A stretch of DNA of 55,573 nt, filler included, from a bacterium (GCA_027062325.1; 3 parts of 3 records of this genome joined end to end with filler, not necessarily neighbours in it), one strand, 5' to 3'. Shown: positions 38,233 through 47,949, counted from the first letter of the whole stretch. Program-made: numbers and translations. The notes: generated by a model not told the origin, from the sequence alone.

Positions 38233-39445
38233 ATGCCTGTGAAATTTTACAACAAAATTGACGATGTGCCGTATCTTAGCGAAGAGGAGAAAAAAGAGTT
38301 GAAACCAGTTGCAGAAAAATTTAACTTTTTAGTCAATGATTATTATCTGGGACTTATAAATTGGAATGATCCCAATGATCCAATAAGAAGGCTTGTGATT
38401 CCAACAGCTGATGAAATAAATGATGATTGGCCAACTGATCCTTCTAAAGAGTCCCACTACACGATTATGAAAGGAGTACAGCATAAGTATAAATCTACAT
38501 GTCTTTTTTTGGTTAGTTCTGTATGTGCGGGGGTTTGTCGCTATTGTTTTAGAAAGCGTATATTCTTTCAGGGAAAAGATCCTGAAAAACTTGAAGATTT
38601 GGAAAAGGCTTTGGAGTATGTGCGTGAGCACAAAGAGATTACAAATGTGTTGTTGACAGGTGGGGATCCACTCATGCTTCCTACAAAAGATTTGAGGCGA
38701 GTAATAGAGGGGCTTCGTCAGATAGAGCATGTTAGGACTATAAGATTGGGAACACGTGTTCCAGTTTACTATCCACAGCGTATTTTGGAAGATNNNNNNN
38801 NNNNNNNNNNNNNNNNNNNNNNNNNNNNNNNNNNNNNTTAATTAATTAANNNNNNNNNNNNNNNNNNNNNNNNNNNNNNNNNNNNNNNNNNNNGAAGATG
38901 ATGAACTTGTTGGTATGCTTTCAGAAAATAGCAAGCTTGATAAGAGAATATACATAATTACTCATTTCATGCATCCAAGAGAACTTACAGATGTTGCGAG
39001 AAAAGCCATAGATAAAGTTTTAAAGGCTGGAATTATAATGGCAAATCAAACTCCACTTATTGCAGGGATAAATGACAATCCAGAGACGCTACGAGATTTA
39101 CTTAATGAGCTTGCGTTTGCAGGAGTTCCGCCTTATTACATCTTCCAATGTCGTCCAACTGTCGGTAACAAGACTTACTCTGTGCCGGTGGAACGTGCTT
39201 ATAGAATAATAGAACAGGCTAAGAGTCAGGTGACAGGGTTAGCAAAGAGAGCTAAATATGCTATGTCTCATGCTACTGGAAAGATTGAGATAATTGGTTT
39301 AGATGATGAGTATATATACTTTAAGTATCACAGGGCAGCTCATGATGAGGATAGTGGTAAGTTTGTTATTGCCAAAAGGAATCCAGAAGGGTATTGGTTT
39401 GATGATTTTGAGGTTGTAAAAGAAATTAAGTTGGTGGATTTGTAA
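38233..39445 (+). CDS. KamA-family radical SAM enzyme (lysine 2,3-aminomutase-like); one gene interrupted by an assembly gap
   Basis: Before the gap: HKY, CAGVCRYCFRKR, LLTGGDPL and R.GTR.P. After it: THF.HP.E, NQTPL..GIND, PYY.FQ and GKIE. GAAGAT occurs on both gap edges. Confidence 0.88.
38794..38893. other. Assembly gap with artificial linker
   Basis: 44 N + TTAATTAATTAA + 44 N. Confidence 0.98.
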
Positions 39446-39480
39446 TATAGTTTCGTCGTTGAGGTTTTCTTAATGTTGCT

Positions 39481-39510
39481 GGGGGGCTTTGGTGGCCCCC
39501 TTTTGTTTTA
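39481..39510 (+). terminator. Intrinsic terminator after the KamA-family gene
   Basis: GGGGGC-tttggtg-GCCCCC followed by TTTTGTTTT. Confidence 0.85.
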
Positions 39511-39512
39511 TC

Positions 39513-39542
39513 TTGAGAAAAAGAAAATGGTTGCTGTATAAT
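39513..39542 (+). promoter_or_regulatory. Putative promoter of the rpmF-fab operon
   Basis: TTGAGA-N18-TATAAT, directly downstream of the terminator. Confidence 0.55.
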
Positions 39543-39626
39543 ACAATTATCAAAGTTTATTTGAGTAGCTAATATGTGGAATAATGTGTAATTAATCTCT
39601 AAGGGTTATAAAAGGAGGGATTTGCC

Positions 39627-39836
39627 ATGGCAGTGCCAAAAAGGCATAAGTCAACAGCTCGTCGTAGAATGAGAGAGGCTATGTGGAGAAGAAGACTTAG
39701 AATTCCTAATTTGGTAAAGTGTTCAAATCCTGCATGTGGCCAGCTCATAAGGGCACATCGTGTATGTCCTTACTGTGGGTGGTACAAGGGTAAGCAGGTT
39801 TTAGAAGCAGAGGCTAAGGGAGAAGTCAACGTATAA
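39627..39836 (+). CDS. rpmF: 50S ribosomal protein L32 (Zn-binding type)
   Basis: MAVPKR..S..RR, CSNPAC...HRVCPYCGWYKG; RBS AGGAGG. Confidence 0.97.
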   Translation: MAVPKRHKSTARRRMREAMWRRRLRIPNLVKCSNPACGQLIRAHRVCPYCGWYKGKQVLEAEAKGEVNV

Positions 39837-39864
39837 GCTCACGTTTTGTAAGTGAGGTAATGCG

Positions 39865-40863
39865 ATGGGAAATAGTGAGGTTACAGCTGTAGTTGATGCT
39901 ATGGGAGGAGACAGAGCACCTGAAGAGATTGTGAAGGGTGCTCTGCTTTTTTTAAAAAGAAATAAAGGACTAAAAGGGTCTGTAAGGGTTGTATTAGTTG
40001 GGGATAGAGAAAAGATTGAGTCTATATGTGGTGATTGTGCAGGAATTGAAATAATTCATACTGATAAATGGTTGGGGATGCATGAAAAATGGAATAGGCG
40101 TGATAGAGAGAATTCTTTAGCAGTCTCGATGGATATTGTGAAGCAGCGGGAGAATGCTTTTTTAATTTCTGCAGGTAATACAGGAGCTGTTACCGAAGGT
40201 TCATTTTTTACTTACAGAATGATTGAGGGGGTTAAAAGGCCTGCAATACCTACTATAATTCCAAGGTTTTACAAGAAAGAAGAGCCATTTGTGTTGTTAG
40301 ATGCTGGAGCAAATGCTGATTGCAAACCAGAGTTTTTAAAGCAATTTGCAATAATGGGGGCTGCTTATTATACTGCTTTGTTTGGTAAAGCACGTCCTAA
40401 AGTAGCGTTATTAAATATTGGTGAAGAGAATATAAAGGGAAATGCACTTGTGAAGGAAACGGATAAATTGATGAAGGATCACTCCAGTGATTTGTATGAG
40501 TATGTTGGATACATAGAGGGGCATACGATGTTTTCTGAAGATGTTGATGTTGTTGTAGCAGATGGATTTGTAGGAAATATCGTTTTGAAGAGTTTGGAGG
40601 GATTAGCTAAAGAGTTGTTGGGACTTATTAAGGATTCTGTATTTATGAAGTTAGGAGTATTTTTAAGTGGGTTGTATAAAAAGCTAAAATATGCAGATTA
40701 TCGTGAATGGGGAGGAGCTCCACTGTTAGGAGTGAAAAGACTTGTGATTATTGCTCATGGGAGTTCGGATGCCAAGGCTATAGCTAATGGTATTGATGTT
40801 GGTGTAAGGCTCACAGAGAGAGGGCTTATAGGTAGGATAAAAAGTATGATAGCAGAGGATTGA
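39865..40863 (+). CDS. plsX: Phosphate acyltransferase PlsX
   Basis: Motifs VDAMGGD.AP, SAGNTGA, LDAGAN, LNIGEE..KG, DGF.GN..LK and AHGSS. Confidence 0.97.
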   Translation: MGNSEVTAVVDAMGGDRAPEEIVKGALLFLKRNKGLKGSVRVVLVGDREKIESICGDCAGIEIIHTDKWLGMHEKWNRRDRENSLAVSMDIVKQRENAFLISAGNTGAVTEGSFFTYRMIEGVKRPAIPTIIPRFYKKEEPFVLLDAGANADCKPEFLKQFAIMGAAYYTALFGKARPKVALLNIGEENIKGNALVKETDKLMKDHSSDLYEYVGYIEGHTMFSEDVDVVVADGFVGNIVLKSLEGLAKELLGLIKDSVFMKLGVFLSGLYKKLKYADYREWGGAPLLGVKRLVIIAHGSSDAKAIANGIDVGVRLTERGLIGRIKSMIAED

Positions 40864-40988
40864 TAATGTGGTGAATCAGCGTTGAAAATTTTCTCTGACG
40901 TTGTCAAGATTTAAATTTTTAATATACTCATTGTAAGAAGTGTGCATTTAGATGTTAAATGAGTTATAGGTGTGAGGAGGCGAATGAT

Positions 40989-41981
40989 ATGTTTATTCCC
41001 ATGAAGATTGCAGGATTAGGAATGGCTTTAGGGGATAAGGTTATAGACAATGACTGGTTTGTAAAAGAATTGGGACTGGATACATCAGATGAATGGATAA
41101 CTGAGAGGACTGGAATTAAAAAGAGGTACTTTCTTTCTGATCCAGATAAGGCTTTATCTTACATTGGTGCGAAGTCTGCACGGCAAGCTTTGGAAATGGC
41201 GGGGGTGAAGCCTGAGGATGTTGATTTAGTAATATGTGCTACTTTCACTCCCGATTATCAAATGCCTGCGACAGCGTGTTTGATAAAAGAAGAAATAGGT
41301 GCTAAAAATGCTGGAGCTTACGATATGCAGATTGCATGTAGTGGTTTTGTTTATGCGCTTATTAATGCTGCTTCTATGGTTGCGAGCGGTATGTTCAAGA
41401 ACGTCTTGATAGTAGCCGGAGATGTGATTTCACGTTTTTTGGATTTTGAAGATAGAGGAACCTGTATCCTCTTTGGAGATGGAGCAGGAGCTGCTCTTAT
41501 TACACAAGCTGAGAATGGAGAAGGAATATTTGCTGTTGAGGTTGGAGCAGATGGGAGTGCACCTGAGAAACTTTTGATTCCTGCAGGTGGAAGTGCGCGT
41601 CCTGCAAGTGAGGAAACGGTTAAGAATAAGGAGCACTATCTGCGTATGAATGGGCGTGAAATTTTCAGGTTTTCTGTGAATGTTGTTCCTCAAACTATGA
41701 AATTACTCCTTGAAAAAAGTGGACTTTCTAAAGAGGAGGTTGATCTTTGGATTCTTCATCAGGCAAATATTAGAATAATAGAAGCTGCTGCAAAGCGCAT
41801 GGGAGTTCCAATGAGTAAGATGTACAACACTATAGCTGAATATGGGAATATTAGTGCTGGAACTATTCCTATTACGATGTATGAGGCTTACAAAAACAAT
41901 GTCTTAAAAAGAGGATCCATTCTTGGTCTTATAGGGTTTGGTGGAGGGTTAAGTTGGGGTGGTTTGATATTGAGATTTTAA
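40989..41981 (+). CDS. fabH: Beta-ketoacyl-ACP synthase III
   Basis: Motifs TSDEWI..RTGI, ACSGF (Cys), LFGDGAGA, HQAN (His) and YGN.SA (Asn). GAGGAGG precedes ATG40989. Confidence 0.96.
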   Translation: MFIPMKIAGLGMALGDKVIDNDWFVKELGLDTSDEWITERTGIKKRYFLSDPDKALSYIGAKSARQALEMAGVKPEDVDLVICATFTPDYQMPATACLIKEEIGAKNAGAYDMQIACSGFVYALINAASMVASGMFKNVLIVAGDVISRFLDFEDRGTCILFGDGAGAALITQAENGEGIFAVEVGADGSAPEKLLIPAGGSARPASEETVKNKEHYLRMNGREIFRFSVNVVPQTMKLLLEKSGLSKEEVDLWILHQANIRIIEAAAKRMGVPMSKMYNTIAEYGNISAGTIPITMYEAYKNNVLKRGSILGLIGFGGGLSWGGLILRF

Positions 41982-42031
41982 TTCTACAAATCGCAGTGAA
42001 TTTTATGAAAAAAATGCAAGGGGTGCTGTGA

Positions 42032-43153
42032 ATGAGTGTTTTGAAGTTTGTAAAGCGTCATATCAGGAACATGACGAATCAATTGGAGTGGGCAAGTGAA
42101 GAGGCGGATAGGACAGGAAACTATCCGGCGGAGGTTTTTGATCTTTTAAAAAAGAGTGGAATGTTTGCACTTCTCGCTCCCGAAAAAAGTGCTGGTGCTG
42201 GTTTGAGTTTTTCTGAATGGGTAGAAGTAGTTCGTGATGTTTCTTACTATTGCCCTTCAGCTGGAGCAATGGTTGCAGCTTTTAATGGGTTGGTTTTATT
42301 TCCCCTTGTTAGATTTGGTATGGGGAAGTTTGATGATTTGGTAAAGAGGATAGCCTCTGGTGAGATAACGGGGGCATTTTCAATAACCGAAAGAGATGCT
42401 GGTAGTGATGTAAGTTCTATAAAGACTGCCTTAATTGATGATCAGAAGGGATGGCGGATAAAAGGCTACAAGGTATTTGTATCGGGAGGTAGTATAGCTG
42501 ATTTCATAATAGCTTTTGCTAAGCACACGCGAAATGGAGAACTTACAAATAGAATAAGTGCGGTTGTTGTGCCGCGAGAAGCTTTCAAAGTTGTGCGTGA
42601 TGAGGAAAAGATGGGTCTGAAGGGAACCTATACTTCAGAGGTTATCATAGATGGTTGGATTTCCAAGGATAATATCCTATTCAGGCCTCAGCTTGGATTC
42701 AAAGTGATAGCTGACACTTTGGATGTTGGAAGAGTTGGAATTGCAGCACAAGCAGTTGGTATAGCACAAAGAGCTTTGGATGAGGCGAAACGTTATATGA
42801 ATGAAAGGACTCAATTTAATCAGAAATTACGTGAATTTCAGGGATTGCAGTGGTACATAGCAGATATGGCTACTGAGCTTGAGGCTGCATGGCAGTTAAC
42901 CTTGAAGGCTGCTGCAGAACTTGCAAAGCCGGGAGGCCGTCCGACACGTTACGCTTCCATGGCAAAGTATAAGGCTGCAGAGGTTGCAAATTTTGTGGTA
43001 GATAAGGCGTTGCAAATATTTGGTGGTTACGGTTATGTTAAAGGAGCTGTAGTAGAAAGGTTATACAGAGATGTTAGAGTGTTGCGTATCTATGAGGGGA
43101 CTAGTGAGATTCAGAAGTTGGTTGTATTTCAGGAGGAGATGAAAGGAATATGA
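42032..43153 (+). CDS. Acyl-CoA dehydrogenase family flavoprotein (short-chain/Bcd-like) inside the fab operon
   Basis: Motifs TE.DAGSD, G.K.F, KMG, LD.GR.GIAAQAVG, R.QF, QIFGGYGY and RIYEGTSEIQ (catalytic Glu355). Confidence 0.93.
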   Translation: MSVLKFVKRHIRNMTNQLEWASEEADRTGNYPAEVFDLLKKSGMFALLAPEKSAGAGLSFSEWVEVVRDVSYYCPSAGAMVAAFNGLVLFPLVRFGMGKFDDLVKRIASGEITGAFSITERDAGSDVSSIKTALIDDQKGWRIKGYKVFVSGGSIADFIIAFAKHTRNGELTNRISAVVVPREAFKVVRDEEKMGLKGTYTSEVIIDGWISKDNILFRPQLGFKVIADTLDVGRVGIAAQAVGIAQRALDEAKRYMNERTQFNQKLREFQGLQWYIADMATELEAAWQLTLKAAAELAKPGGRPTRYASMAKYKAAEVANFVVDKALQIFGGYGYVKGAVVERLYRDVRVLRIYEGTSEIQKLVVFQEEMKGI

Positions 43154-44028
43154 GTAGTGTGAAAAATGATTGGAAGATTGCCTGTTTTCCTGATATAGGA
43201 GCAAGGACAGATGTAGTTAATTGGGCAAGAAGGCACTTTCCAAAGGCTCACATAGTTTCGTTTTGGTTGAGAAATCCTGTTGATGCTGATAGTGATGAGG
43301 TGTACAAGCTTGAGGTAAGTAATACCTCTCCGTTTGAATTTGGAAAGCTTTTAGCAGAGTTTACCAAAGCTGAAAATTATGACTTGTTTGTGTTTCCTGC
43401 AACTTATGAAGGAAAGGTGGCTGCAGGAGTTCTAGCAGCTGCATTGGGATTAGGAGCAGTGTCGGATGTTGAGTTTGTTAAAGAGGAGCTTTATTACAAA
43501 AGTGTTGCAGATAATTTAGTTGGTATGAAGATTTTGTCAAGTAGAGCAGTGATTACGGTATCAGGATGGCTTGAGCTTGTTAAAGAGGCTTCTGGTGATT
43601 TCTCAACTAAGGTGCTTGAGGTTAAGGAAGATGTGTTGAATAGAGAATTTCAAAAGATAAAAGGAAAGGGAAGGCTGATAATAGGAATAGGTGGAGGAGT
43701 TTCGAAGAGTGCTATGCCCCTTGTTTTGCGTTTAGCAGAGTTGTTAGGGGCGGATATTGTGGGAACGCGAGTTGCTTTTGACAGAGGTTTAATAGATAAA
43801 TCTCGGTATGTAGGGCAAACTGGTATAAGTATAAACGGTGATATATACCTTGCACTTGGAATTTCTGGAGCTGCTCAGCATATGATAGGTGTTCCAAAGA
43901 GAATGAAGATTATTGCAGTAAATGTGGATGAGAAGGCTCCAATTGCTGCACTTAGTGACTACTTTGTTAAGGAGAGGGCAGAGGATTTTGTGAGAGCTAT
44001 GGTGGATATGCTTGAGGGGAAAGCGTGA
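43150..44028 (+). CDS. etfA: Electron transfer flavoprotein alpha subunit (divergent)
   Basis: Motifs AT..G...A..LAA.LG, GTR, VGQTG, LGISGAAQH..G and AVN.D..API. ATGA overlap with the ACAD stop codon. Confidence 0.9.
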   Translation: MSSVKNDWKIACFPDIGARTDVVNWARRHFPKAHIVSFWLRNPVDADSDEVYKLEVSNTSPFEFGKLLAEFTKAENYDLFVFPATYEGKVAAGVLAAALGLGAVSDVEFVKEELYYKSVADNLVGMKILSSRAVITVSGWLELVKEASGDFSTKVLEVKEDVLNREFQKIKGKGRLIIGIGGGVSKSAMPLVLRLAELLGADIVGTRVAFDRGLIDKSRYVGQTGISINGDIYLALGISGAAQHMIGVPKRMKIIAVNVDEKAPIAALSDYFVKERAEDFVRAMVDMLEGKA

Positions 44029-44041
44029 GGAGGGATAGAGT

Positions 44042-44938
44042 ATGCTTTTCATGTTTCCAGGTCAAGGAAGTCAATATGTAGGAATGGGCAAGAATTTATA
44101 TGAAAACTTTGATGTGGCCAAGAAAATGATGGATAGCGCTAATGAAATTTTAGGGTTTGACATTGTAAAGCTCATGTTTGAAGGGCCTGAGGAAGAGTTG
44201 AAAAAGACTTTGAATACTCAGCCTGCAATATTTTTAGTGTCAGTAGTTGCTGATGCTGTATTGAAAGAGAAAGGCTATGAGCCGACCGTGGTTGCAGGTC
44301 ACAGCGTAGGAGAGTATGCAGCTCTTTGTTCAGCGGGGGTTGTTAGTTTTGAAGATGGGTTGAGATTGGTTAGAAAGAGAGGAGAGTTTATGTATGAAGT
44401 GAAAGGTGGAGCAATGCTTGCAGTAGTGGGACTTTCAAAGGATATGATAGAAGAGGCTTGTGCAGGTAAAGATGCGTGGATTTCTTTATTTAACACTGAT
44501 ACTCAAATTGTATGTTCAGGTACAGAAGAGGCTATAGATCAGCTTTATGCTGAATTGAGTAATAAGGCCAAGGAGGCAGGAATTAGAAGGTGTAAGTTGG
44601 TTAAGTTGAAGGTAAGCGGACCTTTTCACTGTCCGCTTATGAAAAAGCCTGCTGAGAAGTTGGCTAGTGAAATTGAAAAAGTTGAGTTCAAAGAGCCTAA
44701 AGTTGATGTTGTGCCAAATGTTACTGCTAAACCAACCCGTGATGTTGATGTATTGAAGAAAGCGCTGATTGATCAGATGATAGAACCTGTTAGATGGTGG
44801 GAGAGCGTTATGGTTATAAAGGAAAGTGGAGTGGATAAAGCCTTTGAGGTTGGGCCAGGAAAAGTTTTGAAGGGGATGGTAAGACGCCTGTTTAAAGAGG
44901 TTGTATCGTTCCCAGATGATGGAATAGACAAAGTTTAA
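44042..44938 (+). CDS. fabD: Malonyl-CoA:ACP transacylase
   Basis: Motifs FPGQGSQ..GMG, TQPA, GHSVGE, VSGPFH and EVGPGKVL. Confidence 0.97.
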   Translation: MLFMFPGQGSQYVGMGKNLYENFDVAKKMMDSANEILGFDIVKLMFEGPEEELKKTLNTQPAIFLVSVVADAVLKEKGYEPTVVAGHSVGEYAALCSAGVVSFEDGLRLVRKRGEFMYEVKGGAMLAVVGLSKDMIEEACAGKDAWISLFNTDTQIVCSGTEEAIDQLYAELSNKAKEAGIRRCKLVKLKVSGPFHCPLMKKPAEKLASEIEKVEFKEPKVDVVPNVTAKPTRDVDVLKKALIDQMIEPVRWWESVMVIKESGVDKAFEVGPGKVLKGMVRRLFKEVVSFPDDGIDKV

Positions 44939-44951
44939 TGGAGGGGTTATT

Positions 44952-45644
44952 ATGGACAAGTGGGTAGTTGTAACAGGAGCAGGTAGGGGAATTGGGCTTG
45001 CTATAGCTCGTGAACTTAAAAATGCAGGATACAAAGTTGCGGGATTTTCGCGCTCTACGGATCCTGCAGAAGGAGTATTTGATTACTACGATAAGCTTGA
45101 TGTATCAGATTTTGAGGCTGTTAAGAATTTTGCTTCTAAGATAGAGGGTGAAGTTTGGGCAATTGTGAATAACGCAGGAATTACAAAAGATGCGTTGTTT
45201 GCTCGAATGACAGAAGAGGACTTCGACAAAGTTATAGCTGTTAATTTGAAAGGGGTTTTTAACGTCTGCAAGGCTTTTGAGGCAAAACTCAGGAAAAGTA
45301 AGGGAGTCATTGTTAACATAACTTCTATTTCTGGGCTATACGGTAATGTTGGACAGGCAAACTATGCTGCTAGTAAGTCAGCTTTGATAGGTTTTACCTA
45401 CACGCTTGCTAAGGAATATGGCCGTTATGGGGTGAGAGCTGTAGCTGTTGCCCCAGGTTTGATTGAGACAGATATGAGTGCAAAGATTCCAGAGAAGATA
45501 AAGGAACAGATGAAGTCCATGATACCGCTTAAGCGCTTTGGAAAGGTAGAGGAAGTGGCCAAGTTGGTTAGATTTCTCATATCTGAGGATGCTTCTTACA
45601 TAACAGGAACCTGCATAGAGGTTGCAGGAGGGTTCAGATTTTAG
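44952..45644 (+). CDS. fabG: 3-oxoacyl-ACP reductase
   Basis: Motifs TGAGRGIG, NNAGITKD, GN.GQANYAASK and PG.IETDM. Confidence 0.95.
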   Translation: MDKWVVVTGAGRGIGLAIARELKNAGYKVAGFSRSTDPAEGVFDYYDKLDVSDFEAVKNFASKIEGEVWAIVNNAGITKDALFARMTEEDFDKVIAVNLKGVFNVCKAFEAKLRKSKGVIVNITSISGLYGNVGQANYAASKSALIGFTYTLAKEYGRYGVRAVAVAPGLIETDMSAKIPEKIKEQMKSMIPLKRFGKVEEVAKLVRFLISEDASYITGTCIEVAGGFRF

Positions 45645-45700
45645 TTAATCTTATTGTGTCAGGTTTTATGCATCAACTTTTTAAAAGGGAGGGATAGAAA

Positions 45701-45943
45701 ATGACTCGTGAAGAAGTGTTTTCAAAGGTAAAGGATTTGCTTGCTCAGTCAATAGGAGAGGATAAAGCAGATTCCATTACAGAGGATGCTCTCTTGATGG
45801 ATGATCTTGGACTTGATTCTCTCGAAACTATGGATTTGATTATGAATCTTGAGAGTGAGTTTGGAATTTCCATTCCTGATGAGGATATTGAGAAAATTAA
45901 AACTGTGGGAGATGTTGTGAACTACATAATGGAGAAAATATAA
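45701..45943 (+). CDS. acpP: Acyl carrier protein
   Basis: Acidic 80-aa protein with DLGLDSLE (phosphopantetheine Ser), E.EFGI.IPD and TVGD. Confidence 0.97.
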   Translation: MTREEVFSKVKDLLAQSIGEDKADSITEDALLMDDLGLDSLETMDLIMNLESEFGISIPDEDIEKIKTVGDVVNYIMEKI

Positions 45944-45960
45944 GTGTTGTTTAATTAAAA

Positions 45961-46001
45961 ACGCGGGCAGGTGCTTCTTGTGAAGTGCCTGCTCGTTTGT
46001 T
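45961..46001 (+). terminator. Long stem-loop between acpP and fabF (partial terminator or mRNA stabiliser)
   Basis: CGGGCAGGTGCTTC-ttgt-GAAGTGCCTGCTCG, a 14-bp stem with G-U pairs, followed by TTTGTT. Confidence 0.7.
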
Positions 46002-46027
46002 GATTATACTCAATAAATGATTGAGGG

Positions 46028-47269
46028 GTGGTTGAGTTGAAAAGGGTTGTCGTTACGGGTATTGGATTGGTGACGCCTATTGGTTTGACAAAAGAGTTCA
46101 GAAATGGGATTTTTGAAGGAAAAAACGGAGCAGACTTAATAACTCGATTTGATGCTAGTGATGTTGGTAGTAAAGTTGCAGCAGAAGTCAAGGATTTTGA
46201 TCCTACGCCATGGATAGATAAAAAAGACTTGAAGCGTATGGATCTTGCTACTCAGTATGCTGTTGTAGCAGCGGCGCAAGCAATGGAAGATGCTGAATTG
46301 GAAGGAAAATTTGATCCAGAAAGAGCTGGGGTTATTGTTGGCTCCGGAATTGGTGGAATTGGTACAGTTGTTGAGCAAACACTAATTTGTGAGCAGCGTG
46401 GTGCCCGCCGTGTTTCACCGTTTATGATCCCAATGCTCATAGTAAACATACCTGCTGCAACTATTGCGATACGTTGGGGATTTGAGGGGGTTAATTTTGC
46501 AGTTGTTACAGCTTGCGCAAGTGCGGCTCACTCAATTGGGGAGGCTTTCTGGAAGATAAGGAGTGGCCAACTTGATGTAGCTTTGGCTGGTGGAACTGAA
46601 GCAGCAATAATTAAGGTGGCTGTTGCAGGATTTTCTAACATGAGGGCACTTACTACCCGTAACGATGATCCAGAGCATGCTTCTCGTCCGTTTGATAAAA
46701 ATAGAGACGGCTTCTTGATGGGAGAAGGGGCAGGAATTTTGGTGCTTGAGGAACTTGAACATGCTAAAAAGAGGGGCGCCAAAATTTATGCAGAAATTGT
46801 GGGATACGGTGCAAATGATGATGCGTATCACATGACAGCCCCGCATCCAGAGGCAAAGGGAATGGCCAAGTGTATGGAATTGGCCTTGAAAGATGCAGGA
46901 ATTAAACCAGAGGATATAGGTTATATCAACGCCCATGGAACAAGTACTCCTCTTAATGATAAAACCGAAACTCTGGCGATAAAGAAGGTATTTGGAGATC
47001 ATGCTTACAAACTGAAGGTAAGCAGCACAAAGTCAATGATAGGTCACCTCTTGGGGGCAACTGGAGCTGTAGAAGCAGCAGCTGTTGTGTATTGTTTGCA
47101 GGAACAAAAAGTGCATCCAACGATAAATTACGAGGAGCCAGATCCAGATTGTGATTTGGATTACACTCCTAACAAAGCAGTGGAGTGGGAGTTTGAGTAC
47201 GCACTTTCAAATTCTTTTGGATTTGGAGGACACAACGCATCGCTGGTGTTCAGAAAATGGAGCGAGTAG
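46028..47269 (+). CDS. fabF: Beta-ketoacyl-ACP synthase II
   Basis: Motifs [23 protein letters not shown] and NSFGFGGHN. Confidence 0.97.
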   Translation: MVELKRVVVTGIGLVTPIGLTKEFRNGIFEGKNGADLITRFDASDVGSKVAAEVKDFDPTPWIDKKDLKRMDLATQYAVVAAAQAMEDAELEGKFDPERAGVIVGSGIGGIGTVVEQTLICEQRGARRVSPFMIPMLIVNIPAATIAIRWGFEGVNFAVVTACASAAHSIGEAFWKIRSGQLDVALAGGTEAAIIKVAVAGFSNMRALTTRNDDPEHASRPFDKNRDGFLMGEGAGILVLEELEHAKKRGAKIYAEIVGYGANDDAYHMTAPHPEAKGMAKCMELALKDAGIKPEDIGYINAHGTSTPLNDKTETLAIKKVFGDHAYKLKVSSTKSMIGHLLGATGAVEAAAVVYCLQEQKVHPTINYEEPDPDCDLDYTPNKAVEWEFEYALSNSFGFGGHNASLVFRKWSE

Positions 47270-47949
47270 ATTATTCTCTTATAGAAAAAAAGGCGCATGT
47301 AGCGCTTAGGGATGTAAAAAAGACTGTCCGAATGTTGGTGCACTACTTTAACAATGCTGGTAAGCTAGAGTGGCGTACACATAAATCTATTGATGTAAAG
47401 TCAAACTATGAGGACCTGGAGTTTGTTGGAGATGCATTGATAAATTGGTTGGCAGCACGTTTTTTATTCACGCGTGGTGTAAAAATAGAGGGAATGTCGT
47501 CTGAGGGAAGTTTGACCTTTATAAGAAGGCGTTTGGTTGATGAAAAGGCTCTTGCTTACTTTGCGAAAGTTGTGGGGTTGGATAAATACATCCTGATTAA
47601 CGATGCTAATTCTAAGACTCTTTCGGTATTGTCTGATGTAGCTGAAGCTTTCGCGGCCCAAGTTTGGTTTGAGTTTGGGGAGAAAAAGGTTGAGGAGATA
47701 TTTACAGCTTATTGGTCAGTTGTTCTTGAGTTTGTAAATGAAAATACAGTTATTGATCCTAAGACTAGATTGAATAAGTATATTCAAAAGAACCACTTGA
47801 ATATAGAGTATGTCTATACTACAAAGGAAAAAGAGCATGTATGTTTAATAAAGGTTGGCGGTATCCCCATAGCTTATGGAAAAGATTACGTAAAAAAAGA
47901 GGCAGCCCAGAAGGCGGCATTTGAGGTTGGCAAAATTTTAGGGATTTAA
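47257..47949 (+). CDS. rnc: Ribonuclease III (divergent)
   Basis: Motifs [25 protein letters not shown] and a dsRBD (DPKTRL...KKEAAQKAA); canonical position after fabF. Confidence 0.85.
   Translation: MERVDYSLIEKKAHVALRDVKKTVRMLVHYFNNAGKLEWRTHKSIDVKSNYEDLEFVGDALINWLAARFLFTRGVKIEGMSSEGSLTFIRRRLVDEKALAYFAKVVGLDKYILINDANSKTLSVLSDVAEAFAAQVWFEFGEKKVEEIFTAYWSVVLEFVNENTVIDPKTRLNKYIQKNHLNIEYVYTTKEKEHVCLIKVGGIPIAYGKDYVKKEAAQKAAFEVGKILGI

Noticed and set aside
38915-39445. Separate 176-aa gene or KamA pseudogene
   Set aside because: It is the C-terminal half of the gene starting at 38233; the split comes from the gap.
42032-44028. ACAD-etfA as a recently inserted mobile or beta-oxidation cassette
   Set aside because: No transposase, flanking repeats or evident compositional shift, and no thiolase, crotonase or hydroxyacyl-CoA dehydrogenase nearby. 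Spacing to fabH and fabD is operon-like.
44516-47002. Antisense ORFs such as 44516-45034 and 46532-47002, and similar ones across the window
   Set aside because: They lie opposite well-supported genes, lack recognisable motifs, and are best explained as shadow ORFs.
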